A stretch of 64,000 nt of DNA from Minisyncoccia bacterium (GCA_041740795.1 JBGSLH010000012.1:19146-83145), one strand, 5' to 3'; positions 26,822-35,642 are shown, counted from the stretch's first letter. Notes: generated by a model not told the origin, from the letters alone. Translations and numbers: made by a program.

Positions 26822-28055
26822 ACTTCAACTTAGACCTTCGTAGAAACGCAGGAACCGCGCTCCACTCATCTTCATCTTCCTGAGGTGGAAGAGGTTTGTT
26901 GCCGGCTTTAGGTGCTTCTTCTACATGTTGCTTGGGAGCAGGACGAGATTCGATAACTCGCTCAGGCTCAGAATCTTTTTCCTTTGAACCTATACCATTG
27001 AAGATCTTTGATCGTTCTGGCTTCTCTTCAACTGTCTCTGCCTGTTGTGGTCGGCTGAAAGAAGGAGACTGTTGAGCTTGCATGATCCGATTGTTTTGGT
27101 CGTCAGGGAATCCTGAAGCAATGATCGTAACTTTGACTTCTCCTTTATTGAGTTTTTCGTCCTTGATAGTTCCAAAGATAACTTTGGCATCAGGATCCAT
27201 GGACTCAGTAATAACCTTGGCTGCATCTTGGATCTCGAACATTGTAAGGTCATCGTTGCCAGCGATAGAGAATAGAACTCCTCGTGCGCCATTGATCGAA
27301 ACATCGAGAAGGGGAGAGTTGATAGCGATCCGTGCAGCTTCTTCTGCGCGCTTCTCACCACTTGCGATACCAATTCCCATAAGTGCAGAACCAGCATCCT
27401 TGAGGACTGCTTTTACGTCGGCAAAGTCGACATTGATGATACCTGGGGTTGTGATGAGGTCTGACATGCCTTCAACTGCCTGCTTGAGGACATCGTCACA
27501 CATTGCAAAGGCGTTCCTCGCTGTAGTTTCTTTTGAAATATTATTTAGAAGTCTGTCATTGGGGATTACAATGATCGCATCTACTTCGTTTCGAAGTGCC
27601 TGAAGTGCTTCGTTAGCAATTCGTGCCCGATGTTGTCCTTCAAAAAAGAATGGCTTGGTTACAACAGCAACGGTAAGTGCCCCCGTTTCTCGTGCAATCT
27701 GAGCGACGATAGGCGATGCTCCTGATCCTGTTCCTCCTCCAAGTCCGCAAGAGATGAATACCATATCCGAACCCTTGATAGCTTCTTGCACTTCTTCTTT
27801 TGTTTCTTCGATCGCCTTTCGGCCGAGATCTGGACTCATGCCAGTTCCAAGACCTTTAGTGAGATTTTTTCCGATGTGAATTCGTTTTTTTGCGAGCGAG
27901 TTATGTAAATCCTGCGCGTCAGTATTGACCGCGATAAAATCAACCCCTTTTACCTTCTGGTTGACCATATGGTTGACTGCATTTCCTCCTGAACCACCGA
28001 CACCGATGACTTTGATTCGTGCAAAACTTTCTACTTCTGGTTTAACTTGTGGCAT
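26820..28055 (-). CDS. ftsZ: Cell division protein FtsZ
   Basis: GVGGSGGNAVNHM, GGGTGSGASP. Confidence 0.95.
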   Translation of the reverse strand: MPQVKPEVESFARIKVIGVGGSGGNAVNHMVNQKVKGVDFIAVNTDAQDLHNSLAKKRIHIGKNLTKGLGTGMSPDLGRKAIEETKEEVQEAIKGSDMVFISCGLGGGTGSGASPIVAQIARETGALTVAVVTKPFFFEGQHRARIANEALQALRNEVDAIIVIPNDRLLNNISKETTARNAFAMCDDVLKQAVEGMSDLITTPGIINVDFADVKAVLKDAGSALMGIGIASGEKRAEEAARIAINSPLLDVSINGARGVLFSIAGNDDLTMFEIQDAAKVITESMDPDAKVIFGTIKDEKLNKGEVKVTIIASGFPDDQNNRIMQAQQSPSFSRPQQAETVEEKPERSKIFNGIGSKEKDSEPERVIESRPAPKQHVEEAPKAGNKPLPPQEDEDEWSAVPAFLRRSKLK

Positions 28056-28133
28056 GTTTGTATCGATTTAACCGCTATATAGTAATAGAGTCAGCATATC
28101 AGAAATAAAGAATATATCAATCAAACAAAGAGT

Positions 28134-29345
28134 TTAGGGCAAAAAACGCTTGATACTGCGCACTATTGTTTTGAACATCTTTTTAATCAGAATGATGAGA
28201 CCCTCAGCATTAATTGAACTATCATCGTCGGCAAAAGAACCGAATACGCAGAGACCATAAGAGACAGCCCATGACGCGTCTTTGATCTTGATGTTGCCTT
28301 CGCATGTTTTGTCATCTGTGAGACAGCTGATCTTGGCGATTTTGGATGGAAGTCGTAGATATGCCTTGACAACATCATCGACGGTTGCGATTCGCGATCC
28401 TCCTCCTGTGATAATCACTCCGGCAGGAAGCATTCCGTTCTTGCCGATTTTTTTGAGATGCGCATCTACAAGATCGAGCATGTCAGTAAGTCTAGTGGAT
28501 ACGATGTCATCGAGTTTCTTTTTTGAAAACCCATGGTTCTCACCCTTGTCGTGATCTTTCTTGATAACTTCTGCATCTTCAAGGGAAACTTGCAGACCGA
28601 GCGCGATATCGTTGGTAATGTCGTTTCCTCCGATCTGAAATACTTCAAGAGAGATCGGCTTATCGTCCATGTATATGATTATTGAAAGTGTCTCTGACCC
28701 AATGTTCACGAGAAGGCAGCCTGCGATCCGTTCTGCTTTGGTAAGTGAAACGAAGCTTGCAGCAAGAGGAGCAGCAACAACGTCAGTAATCTCATATCCA
28801 GCATCTTCCACTACTTCTATGAGGCCTTGGATGTGTGGTTCAAGAAGGGTAATGAAGAGTATTTTTGCTTCAAGACGTACTCCTTTGAGACCGACTGGAT
28901 GTCCGTGGACTTGTTGTCCATCAATAAAAAAATCTACAGGAGATTCATGAAGAATCCGTCGGTTTTGGATGTACTGAAGAGGGAGCTGTTCACGCGCCTG
29001 TGCAACCGCAGCTTCTAAATCTGTTTGAGTAATTTCAGAATCAGCTCGAGTAATCATCATCGCTCCTGTCGAAACGTAACTCGAAAGTCCGATCCCTCCG
29101 GCTCCGAGGAATACCTTTTTGACTTGTGTATTGTTGCCGAGCATTTTTTCTGCGGTTTTGATCGAGCGTCTGATGCTTTTGACCGCGTCCTGGTGATTAG
29201 TGATGTATCCATGACGTAGACCGAATGCAGGAGTGTCGCTGTGTGCTATTACTTCGGGGGTGTGACCCGTGTCAGAAGCGCGACAGATGACAGTTCTGAT
29301 CGTGCTTGTTCCGATATCTAGTCCGACAATTATGTTAGAAGCCAT
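28134..29345 (-). CDS. ftsA: Cell division protein FtsA
   Basis: VGLDIGTSTIRTV, actin-like ATPase fold motifs, and position upstream of ftsZ. Confidence 0.9.
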   Translation of the reverse strand: MASNIIVGLDIGTSTIRTVICRASDTGHTPEVIAHSDTPAFGLRHGYITNHQDAVKSIRRSIKTAEKMLGNNTQVKKVFLGAGGIGLSSYVSTGAMMITRADSEITQTDLEAAVAQAREQLPLQYIQNRRILHESPVDFFIDGQQVHGHPVGLKGVRLEAKILFITLLEPHIQGLIEVVEDAGYEITDVVAAPLAASFVSLTKAERIAGCLLVNIGSETLSIIIYMDDKPISLEVFQIGGNDITNDIALGLQVSLEDAEVIKKDHDKGENHGFSKKKLDDIVSTRLTDMLDLVDAHLKKIGKNGMLPAGVIITGGGSRIATVDDVVKAYLRLPSKIAKISCLTDDKTCEGNIKIKDASWAVSYGLCVFGSFADDDSSINAEGLIILIKKMFKTIVRSIKRFLP

Positions 29346-29416
29346 ACTTCCATGTATTGTAGTGCTTTTTTGTGAAATTTGAAAGTAAAAGTTTGGGAAA
29401 AGTAGAAGTCTTAACT

Positions 29417-29787
29417 CGTCATTCCCGCGAAGGCGGGAATCCAGGCTTTATTTTTTCTTGAGCAAGGGATCGTATTATTAAAAACATGAAGGAAAGTTAC
29501 GTATACATACTTGCCAGCGATAGAAACGGAACTTTATATGTTGGTGTAACAAGTGATCTTGATAAAAGAATACAGGAACATAAATTAAAGATACGAAAGA
29601 GCTTTACGCAAAAATATAATGTAGATAAGTTGGTTTATTACGAGGTACATTTTGATATTCAGACCGCAATTCATAGAGAAAAGTGTATAAAGAAATGGAA
29701 TAGAAAGTGGAAGATAGATCTTGTTGAAAGTATGAATTTGCAATGGGAAGACCTGAAACCTGGATTCCCGCCTTCGCGGGAATGACG
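29417..29787 (+). mobile_element. GIY-YIG gene bracketed by exact 29-bp inverted hairpin repeats
   Basis: CGTCATTCCCGCGAAGGCGGGAATCCAGG at 29417-29445 is the exact reverse complement of 29759-29787. Each arm is itself a hairpin, ATTCCCGC-GAAG-GCGGGAAT. Confidence 0.7.
29486..29785 (+). CDS. GIY-YIG nuclease superfamily protein (YhbQ/UPF0213-like)
   Basis: YVYILASDRNGTLYVGVTSDLDKRIQEH. The C-terminal residues PGFPPSRE and the stop codon are encoded by the right repeat. Confidence 0.85.
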   Translation: MKESYVYILASDRNGTLYVGVTSDLDKRIQEHKLKIRKSFTQKYNVDKLVYYEVHFDIQTAIHREKCIKKWNRKWKIDLVESMNLQWEDLKPGFPPSRE

Positions 29788-29792
29788 TGTTG

Positions 29793-30188
29793 CTAAAACT
29801 CAATTTCAATATCAAAATATTTCTTCATAAAAAAACTTTCCTTTGCACTCATTTCGTCGCTGTGATCAAAACCTTTGAGATGAAGCATGGAGTGAATAAG
29901 GAGATAATAGAGATAGTTTGTCACGGAAAGATCGAACTTGGGAGCCTCAAGTCGAGCTGTCTTTGGATTTAAAAAAATTTCTCCCATGGTCTCGTCGATC
30001 GGGAATGAAAGCACGTTGGGAATATAATCCTTGCCACGATATTCCTTGTTGAGCGAGTGTGCCCGTTTTTCACCAACAACAACAATGGACACATCGTACG
30101 ATGTGTCCAATATGTCGTCTGCTATTTTTTGCAAAAGAGTTTCTGAAAGGGGAAGTTCCTGTTTTGTTGTATTAGAAAAATCCAACAT
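29793..30188 (-). CDS. ybeY: rRNA maturation endoribonuclease YbeY
   Basis: Zinc motif HSMLHLKGFDH. Confidence 0.85.
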   Translation of the reverse strand: MLDFSNTTKQELPLSETLLQKIADDILDTSYDVSIVVVGEKRAHSLNKEYRGKDYIPNVLSFPIDETMGEIFLNPKTARLEAPKFDLSVTNYLYYLLIHSMLHLKGFDHSDEMSAKESFFMKKYFDIEIEF

Positions 30189-30194
30189 GGGAGA

Positions 30195-30440
30195 TTATCG
30201 ACCTCGACGTGTAGTCGCGGAGATCTTTCCGAGCTTGATCTGCTCCTCTCGAACTTCTCGGTTCTTGATGGACTTGAGTCGCTTTGTTTTCTTTACGTAT
30301 GCTGAAGGTGTTCTTTCAGAATACCGAATTCCCTTGACTCGAGGAATAATCCCAGACTCCTGAACTCGTCTTGTAAACTTTTTGATGAGAGTGACACTAT
30401 TGTCTTTTACTCCTTTTGTTATTTCTACGTTTGTTGCCAT
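30195..30440 (-). CDS. rpsU: 30S ribosomal protein S21 (probable)
   Basis: 81-aa basic protein, LIKKFTRRVQESGI..RYSERTPSAYVKKTKR pattern. Start trimmed to MATNVE. Confidence 0.6.
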   Translation of the reverse strand: MATNVEITKGVKDNSVTLIKKFTRRVQESGIIPRVKGIRYSERTPSAYVKKTKRLKSIKNREVREEQIKLGKISATTRRGR

Positions 30441-30485
30441 ATAGTGTCTTACGTTATCACGAATCTTAAAAACATGCAATTAGCA

Positions 30486-30624
30486 CGTCATCCCCGCGAA
30501 GGCGGGGATCCAGTCCATAGTAGAAAAATATTATTGGGGTTGTGTAAAGACTAGTTACTACTGTTCTCTGAAAGTTACTGTTTAACGCAAGTGATCCTGG
30601 ATTCCCGCCTCCGCGGGAATGACA
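30486..30624. repeat. ORF-less inverted doublet of the hairpin repeat
   Basis: CGTCATCCCCGCGAAGGCGGGGATCCAG at 30486-30513 and CCTGGATTCCCGCCTCCGCGGGAATGACA at 30596-30624, in inverted orientation, 82 bp apart. Confidence 0.75.
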
Positions 30625-30631
30625 GCTCACA

Positions 30632-31846
30632 TTACTTTGCCTTCTTCTTATCTTTTGCTGCCTTTGCCTCGTTCTTATCTAGATTTTTGATGTATTCCAC
30701 GAGGGATGTAAGCGGAATCGTCTTCTGGGAGTTGGTCTCGAGATGTCGTACACAGATGCTATTCTCGAGTGCTTCCTTTTGGCCCATGAGAAGGATGTAT
30801 TTCACACCTTTCTTGTGTGCGAACTGGGTTTGTGTTGCCATCTTGTCTCGACCGATGGACTGGTGGACAGGGATGCCTGCTTTTCGCAAGGTCTCGATTA
30901 CTTCGAGGCTCTTGAGCTTTGCACCGTATCCGAGCTGGATGAAGTAGATCTGACTGTCGTCGAGCTTGGGCTGCTTGCTTATGGGAACTTGTTTGAGTTT
31001 TGGAACCTTGATCGAAACGGAGACAGCGGGAATTCCTTTTCGAAGTACTGTTCTTTTTGAAAGGTCGTTGTACCGTGATCCTGTCGCGAGAATTTTCCCC
31101 GTCTTCTCTTCGATGATTGTAAAGATTGTGTGTGAAGAATAATGTGGATCTCCGAGCACAAACTTATTTATTTCAAAAGGAATCTTCTGTGATTCAAGAT
31201 ATTCGATCACTTCCTTGAAGTGATTTCGGTGCTCTTCATTCAAAAACTCGATAGGTGCAGGTGCTTCTTTGAGAAGATGCTGAACTCCCTTCACATTGCA
31301 TGTGACAAGTGTATGTCCGCCGAACTTAAGAAGTTCTTTACAGTCAGTATTGAGATCTGCCAACTTGCTTCTAAAATAATTAGTCGCGTGCTTGCTGTAC
31401 GTACTGAGTGTGTCGCGGTCTCCGATATTGTTGATCTCGACAGAAAGGTTTTTGTACCCCTCTTCATTCAAGATGGTGTAGGCAGTCTTAATTAAAATAG
31501 CTTCAGCGATGCTTTTTGGAGTACCGATGATGTGGAGCGAAACAGTATCACCTGACTTCTTCTTCACTTTCTTGTTGTGGGGATTTTTTACCTCTCCTTT
31601 TGTATAAAAAAGAACTGGCATCTCGCGTCGTTTTTGCTCGTCGCTGTTGGCATGTCGAAGTAGGGTAACTGCCTCTTCGATTTTGGGTAAATGTGCATGT
31701 TCAAAATCCTTGTAGGTCTTGATTTTTTGCGCTTTGTCGTGATCGTCCTTTTCTACCTGATGTAGTTCAAGACCTTCAAAACCATAATATTGGGAGATAA
31801 CAAATGCGTTATCCACTTTGGTCTTTTTTGGTGTCATGTGACTCAA
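30632..31846 (-). CDS. HisRS-like class II aaRS paralog with apparently degenerate catalytic motifs and an intact anticodon-binding domain
   Basis: Collinear with HisRS: LNEEHRNHFKEVIEYLES.., ATGSRYNDL in place of GGGRYDGL, LGDPHY in place of RGLDYY. No FRxERPQxGR motif 2 seen. C-terminal HGTP-type domain IYFIQLG..YILLMG. Confidence 0.7.
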   Translation of the reverse strand: MSHMTPKKTKVDNAFVISQYYGFEGLELHQVEKDDHDKAQKIKTYKDFEHAHLPKIEEAVTLLRHANSDEQKRREMPVLFYTKGEVKNPHNKKVKKKSGDTVSLHIIGTPKSIAEAILIKTAYTILNEEGYKNLSVEINNIGDRDTLSTYSKHATNYFRSKLADLNTDCKELLKFGGHTLVTCNVKGVQHLLKEAPAPIEFLNEEHRNHFKEVIEYLESQKIPFEINKFVLGDPHYSSHTIFTIIEEKTGKILATGSRYNDLSKRTVLRKGIPAVSVSIKVPKLKQVPISKQPKLDDSQIYFIQLGYGAKLKSLEVIETLRKAGIPVHQSIGRDKMATQTQFAHKKGVKYILLMGQKEALENSICVRHLETNSQKTIPLTSLVEYIKNLDKNEAKAAKDKKKAK

Positions 31847-31848
31847 AT

Positions 31849-32391
31849 TTAATAACTTCCTGGCAAAAAGTCAATTTTTGAAGGCGGGAAGAGGCGTACA
31901 AAGGCTTTTCCGACCACAAAGGATTTTTTGAGAGGTCCCCAACTTCGCGAATCGAGGCTTGCGAGCCGATTGTCTCCCATGACAAAATATTCGTCATTTG
32001 CGAGTGTAATTTCGACATCACTCTCTTTTTCAAACTCTATATAGGGCTCATCGAGGGTATAAAAATCAGCTGCGCCAATTTCTTTAATTTCGACTTTTGT
32101 TCCTTTGATTCGGATCGTCTCTCCTGGCAGTGCGATCACTCGTTTGATAAAAAATCGAGATGGAATAAGAGGGTATTTGAAGATGATTACTTCGCCTCGG
32201 TGAGGTTCTGAAATTTCATAGGATAACTGGTCGACAATGAGGTATTCATTTGTGTGAAAAGTAGGTTCCATAGATGATCCATTCACAACGAATGGTTGCG
32301 CGATAAATGTTCGTACAAAAAATACCATAAGGAGAGATGTTCCGATCAGGAGTGCGTATTCGCGAGCAGTCTGCAGAATATTTTCTTTCAT
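31849..32391 (-). CDS. lepB: Signal peptidase I
   Basis: VNGSSMEPTF (catalytic Ser box), GDNRLASLDSRSWG. Confidence 0.85.
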   Translation of the reverse strand: MKENILQTAREYALLIGTSLLMVFFVRTFIAQPFVVNGSSMEPTFHTNEYLIVDQLSYEISEPHRGEVIIFKYPLIPSRFFIKRVIALPGETIRIKGTKVEIKEIGAADFYTLDEPYIEFEKESDVEITLANDEYFVMGDNRLASLDSRSWGPLKKSFVVGKAFVRLFPPSKIDFLPGSY

Positions 32392-32433
32392 TTAGATTAA
32401 GCATACGTTATTTTTATGCTATAGTCTATTGAT

Positions 32434-32973
32434 ATGAAAATTCTCGTAGGGCTCGGGAACATCGGAGAAAAATACGTAGGCACAAGACACAATGTCGGAC
32501 GCGATTTTCTTTTCTGGTTTGCACGCAAGCATGACTTTTCCGAATTCAAGAAGGATTCTTTTCTCAAGGCACTCGTATCACAAGGAGAAATCGGTAATAA
32601 AAAATATATTTTCGTACTACCTGAGACATATATGAATCTTTCAGGACAAACAGTGAAGCATATTTTTGAAAAATGGACTGACACAACAAAGGAAGAAGTG
32701 ATGATTATCCATGATGACATCGACATTAATTTTGGCGAGATCAAAGTATCCAAGGACTCTGGTCACGGAGGGCATAATGGTGTGAAATCGATCCAGCAGG
32801 AAACAAAGGAGAACTTCATACGCATAAGAATCGGCATCTGTCCTAGGACATTTCTGGGTGGATATAAAAAACCGCACAAGGAAGAGGTTGCGGATTTTGT
32901 ATTGAAGAAGTTTGGGATGTTGGAGAGGAGGGAAGTGGAGACTGTGTATAGGAAAGTGGAAGGGTTGGTATAA
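32434..32973 (+). CDS. pth: Peptidyl-tRNA hydrolase
   Basis: MKILVGLGNIGEKYVGTRHNVG. TGCTATAGT box 8 nt before the ATG. Confidence 0.9.
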   Translation: MKILVGLGNIGEKYVGTRHNVGRDFLFWFARKHDFSEFKKDSFLKALVSQGEIGNKKYIFVLPETYMNLSGQTVKHIFEKWTDTTKEEVMIIHDDIDINFGEIKVSKDSGHGGHNGVKSIQQETKENFIRIRIGICPRTFLGGYKKPHKEEVADFVLKKFGMLERREVETVYRKVEGLV

Positions 32974-32974
32974 G

Positions 32975-33007
32975 AGAAAAGGCGCGCCCGAAGGGCGCGC
33001 CTTTTCT
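32975..33007. terminator. Bidirectional terminator
   Basis: AAAAGGCGCGCCC-GAA-GGGCGCGCCTTTT, between the convergent pth and rpsA. Confidence 0.7.
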
Positions 33008-33051
33008 CTTCTGTTTATTACGAGATTCCGGAATAAATCCGGGATGACAGA

Positions 33052-34185
33052 TTACTCCGCAGTCTTCGTAGAAAGCGTCATTCTCTGTTCCTTCGCTTCA
33101 AACAATGTGATTTTGAAATCATATGCCTTACCGAGTTGGAGAGTTTCTCGAAGTTTTTCTTCACTTTCAAATTCTGAAATATGAACTAGTCCAGCTACAC
33201 CTTCAGCAATTGATGCGAGAGCACCGTGTTTGTTGAATTTGATAACTATACCCTTGACCACATCACCTTTTTTGAATTTGGTTGCTGCAGTAGTCCATGG
33301 ATTTTCTTTCAATTGTTTGATAGAGAGAGAAACCTTTCCGTTTTTGATGTCAATAACTTTAACTTGAACTTTGTCTCCAACAGAGAAGAGTTTTTTAGGA
33401 TCTTCAACAAGTGACCAGTCCAATTCAGAAATGTGCACAAGTCCTTCGAGGTTGTCTTCGATTTTTACGAATACTCCGAATTCTACGACACCTGTGATAG
33501 TTCCTGCGAGAACGTCACCGAGTTCGTATTTTTCAGCCTTCTTAACTTCTGCCTCTTCGCCACCTGTGTGCTTTTCAGAGAAGATAAGTTTTCCGTCATC
33601 TTGTGTCGCTCCAATGATCGTAACAACGAGCTTTGTTCCAACGAGTCTTCGAAGTTCTTCCAAGATTCGATCCTTGTCACCATCTGCAACTCGTGGGTAG
33701 TGTTGCGCTGACAATTGTGATGCAGGAAGGAATCCTTGGAGACCTTGCCATGAAAGGAGAAGTCCTCCTTTGTTTGCTTCTTGGATCGGAAGTTCGAGTG
33801 GAGTCTTGTTTTTGATTGCCTGCTCTACTTCTTCCCATACCATTGCTTGTTTCGCTTCTTTGAGTGAAAGTTCAATGTATCCATTCTTGCTTTTGATATC
33901 AACTACCTTTGCAGAAACAGTGTCGGCAACGTGAAGCTTTCGGATCATGTCCCGGGCAATGATAAATTCTCGACCATAGATAATACCTGTTCCGAATGGG
34001 GAAAGGTCGATATAGATGGCTGACTTGTCCACAGAGATGACTGGACCTTCTACAACTTCACCTTCCTGAGGCGGGTTTGGAAGGTCTGTCATGTATTTTT
34101 GCATTGCGCTTTCTGGAGCGACAACTGCGTTTTCTTCTTGTTCCATATTAAATTTTCTTACTAATAATGAGATCTGCATATTCAT
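33052..34185 (-). CDS. rpsA: 30S ribosomal protein S1 (four S1 domains); start uncertain
   Basis: Repeated S1 motifs such as G.V..GTITGVVEFGVFVKIEDNLEGLVHISE. Confidence 0.85.
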   Translation of the reverse strand: MNMQISLLVRKFNMEQEENAVVAPESAMQKYMTDLPNPPQEGEVVEGPVISVDKSAIYIDLSPFGTGIIYGREFIIARDMIRKLHVADTVSAKVVDIKSKNGYIELSLKEAKQAMVWEEVEQAIKNKTPLELPIQEANKGGLLLSWQGLQGFLPASQLSAQHYPRVADGDKDRILEELRRLVGTKLVVTIIGATQDDGKLIFSEKHTGGEEAEVKKAEKYELGDVLAGTITGVVEFGVFVKIEDNLEGLVHISELDWSLVEDPKKLFSVGDKVQVKVIDIKNGKVSLSIKQLKENPWTTAATKFKKGDVVKGIVIKFNKHGALASIAEGVAGLVHISEFESEEKLRETLQLGKAYDFKITLFEAKEQRMTLSTKTAE

Positions 34186-34322
34186 ATAATCCCGTATGTA
34201 GTTAAGATAGAAGATTCTACCAGCTCATACATACACTCGTGGTCGCATACGCAGGGTTACTCTGTTTTGTTCTAATAAAACTGAGTAGGGTAAAAGTACC
34301 ATATAAATAGGGAAATGGGAAG

Positions 34323-34374
34323 GGATTCCCCGCGCTCCGACCGAGGGATTCCCCTCGGTCGGAGCGCGGGGACG
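34323..34374. repeat. Expanded copy of the hairpin repeat (20-bp perfect stem)
   Basis: CCCCGCGCTCCGACCGAGGG-ATTC-CCCTCGGTCGGAGCGCGGGG, with GGATTCCCCGCG / CGCGGGGACG outer arms like the 30486 copy. Confidence 0.75.
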
Positions 34375-34415
34375 ATGTAATTGACTTTTTTATACCATTG
34401 TATATAATCTGGTAT

Positions 34416-34691
34416 ATGAATACAAAAACCATCCTTAATATAAAGACTGACAAAGAACTTAAGAAGAGTGCGCAAGAAACAGCAAAAGAGTTAGGCATTC
34501 CTCTTACGACTGCGATCAACTCCTTTCTTAAGCAGTTTGTGCGGGACAAGGAGATAATCATCTCTGCTTCTTTTAAGCCTTCCAAGTATCTTCTTGAGAT
34601 TATTGATGAGACAGAAAAGGATAAAAAAGAAGGAAAAATTTCAGGTCCTTTTAATAATACTGATGATCTGATGAAGCATCTTAATTCGTAA
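34416..34691 (+). CDS. RelB/DinJ family antitoxin
   Basis: MNTKTILNIKTDKELKKSAQETAKELGIPLTTAINSFLKQFV. TTGACT-N16-TATAAT with the ATG 7 nt downstream. Confidence 0.7.
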   Translation: MNTKTILNIKTDKELKKSAQETAKELGIPLTTAINSFLKQFVRDKEIIISASFKPSKYLLEIIDETEKDKKEGKISGPFNNTDDLMKHLNS

Positions 34692-34694
34692 TCC

Positions 34695-34955
34695 ATGCAT
34701 ATTGCGACGACCAAGACTTTCGATAAGGAATTTAAAAAACAGACACAAAAAATAAAAGAACAGTTTGCCATTCGGATCCAATTGTTAAGGGTGGATATTG
34801 ATCACAAAATTTTGCATGTACACAAACTTTCTGGAAAAATGCAGCATCTTTGGAGCTTTAACGTTACAGGTGATATTCGGGTTCTTTTTGAAAAAAATAC
34901 AGAAAATTCTTTGTTGCTGACCGCTATAGGATCGCACAGCGAACTTTATTCATAA
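34695..34955 (+). CDS. RelE/YafQ family toxin
   Basis: LHVHKLSGKMQHLWSFNVTGDIRVLF..AIGSHSELY. Starts 3 nt after the antitoxin stop. Confidence 0.7.
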   Translation: MHIATTKTFDKEFKKQTQKIKEQFAIRIQLLRVDIDHKILHVHKLSGKMQHLWSFNVTGDIRVLFEKNTENSLLLTAIGSHSELYS

Positions 34956-34958
34956 GGA

Positions 34959-35633
34959 ATGACGTCCAAAAATGAATATGCTATACTACCCCTCATGATA
35001 ATCACATACGACGGCGTAGAATCTATAAAAGTTTCACATGGGGACTTTACGATCTCACTCAATCCAATTTCGAAAGAATCCAAATTCAAATTAGCAAACT
35101 TCGGGAGCGATGTTGTACTTATTACCGCCAATCACCCTGACTTTAATGGAGCAGACACAGCAACTCGCCAAGGCAAGGAACCTTTTGTTATCAAGGGTCC
35201 AGGAGAATACGAAGTACGCGGAGTGTTCGTGCGCGGATTCTCATCTAAGACCGTATATGACGGAGTAGAGCGGTTCAATACTGTATATACGTTCGAATTG
35301 GATGGGATTCGGATTGCATATCTTGGAGCAATCTCTGACAAGGATCTTGATTCAAAGGCAAAGGAAGAAATGGGGGATATCGATATCGTGTTCGTGCCGA
35401 TTGGAGGTGACGATGTGCTCGGAGGAGAAGATGCATACAAGATGGCGATGAAACGGGAACCACGAATCATTATTCCAATTCACTTCGGTGCAGTAGGTGC
35501 CAAGGATGCACTTGCAAAATTCCTGAAGGAAGCGGATGCGACGGACGTAAAACCTATAGACAAACTGACAATCAAGAAAAAAGATCTTCTCGACAAGCAG
35601 GGGGATGTTGTGGTGCTGTCTTCAACACTGTAA
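34959..35633 (+). CDS. MBL-fold (UPF0173/COG2220-like) hydrolase-like protein
   Basis: DVVLITANHPDFNG and overall length and pattern. The metal-binding motif looks incomplete. Confidence 0.5.
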   Translation: MTSKNEYAILPLMIITYDGVESIKVSHGDFTISLNPISKESKFKLANFGSDVVLITANHPDFNGADTATRQGKEPFVIKGPGEYEVRGVFVRGFSSKTVYDGVERFNTVYTFELDGIRIAYLGAISDKDLDSKAKEEMGDIDIVFVPIGGDDVLGGEDAYKMAMKREPRIIIPIHFGAVGAKDALAKFLKEADATDVKPIDKLTIKKKDLLDKQGDVVVLSSTL

Positions 35634-35642
35634 AATAAAGAC

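Noticed and set aside
30591-30947. 118-aa ORF starting MILDSRLRGNDS
   Set aside because: Its N-terminus is the translated hairpin repeat and the rest is antisense to the HisRS-like gene.
34217-34771. 184-aa minus-strand ORF
   Set aside because: It is antisense to the relB-like gene and runs through the GC-rich palindrome (giving PRSDRGESLGRSAGNP). No homology was recognised.
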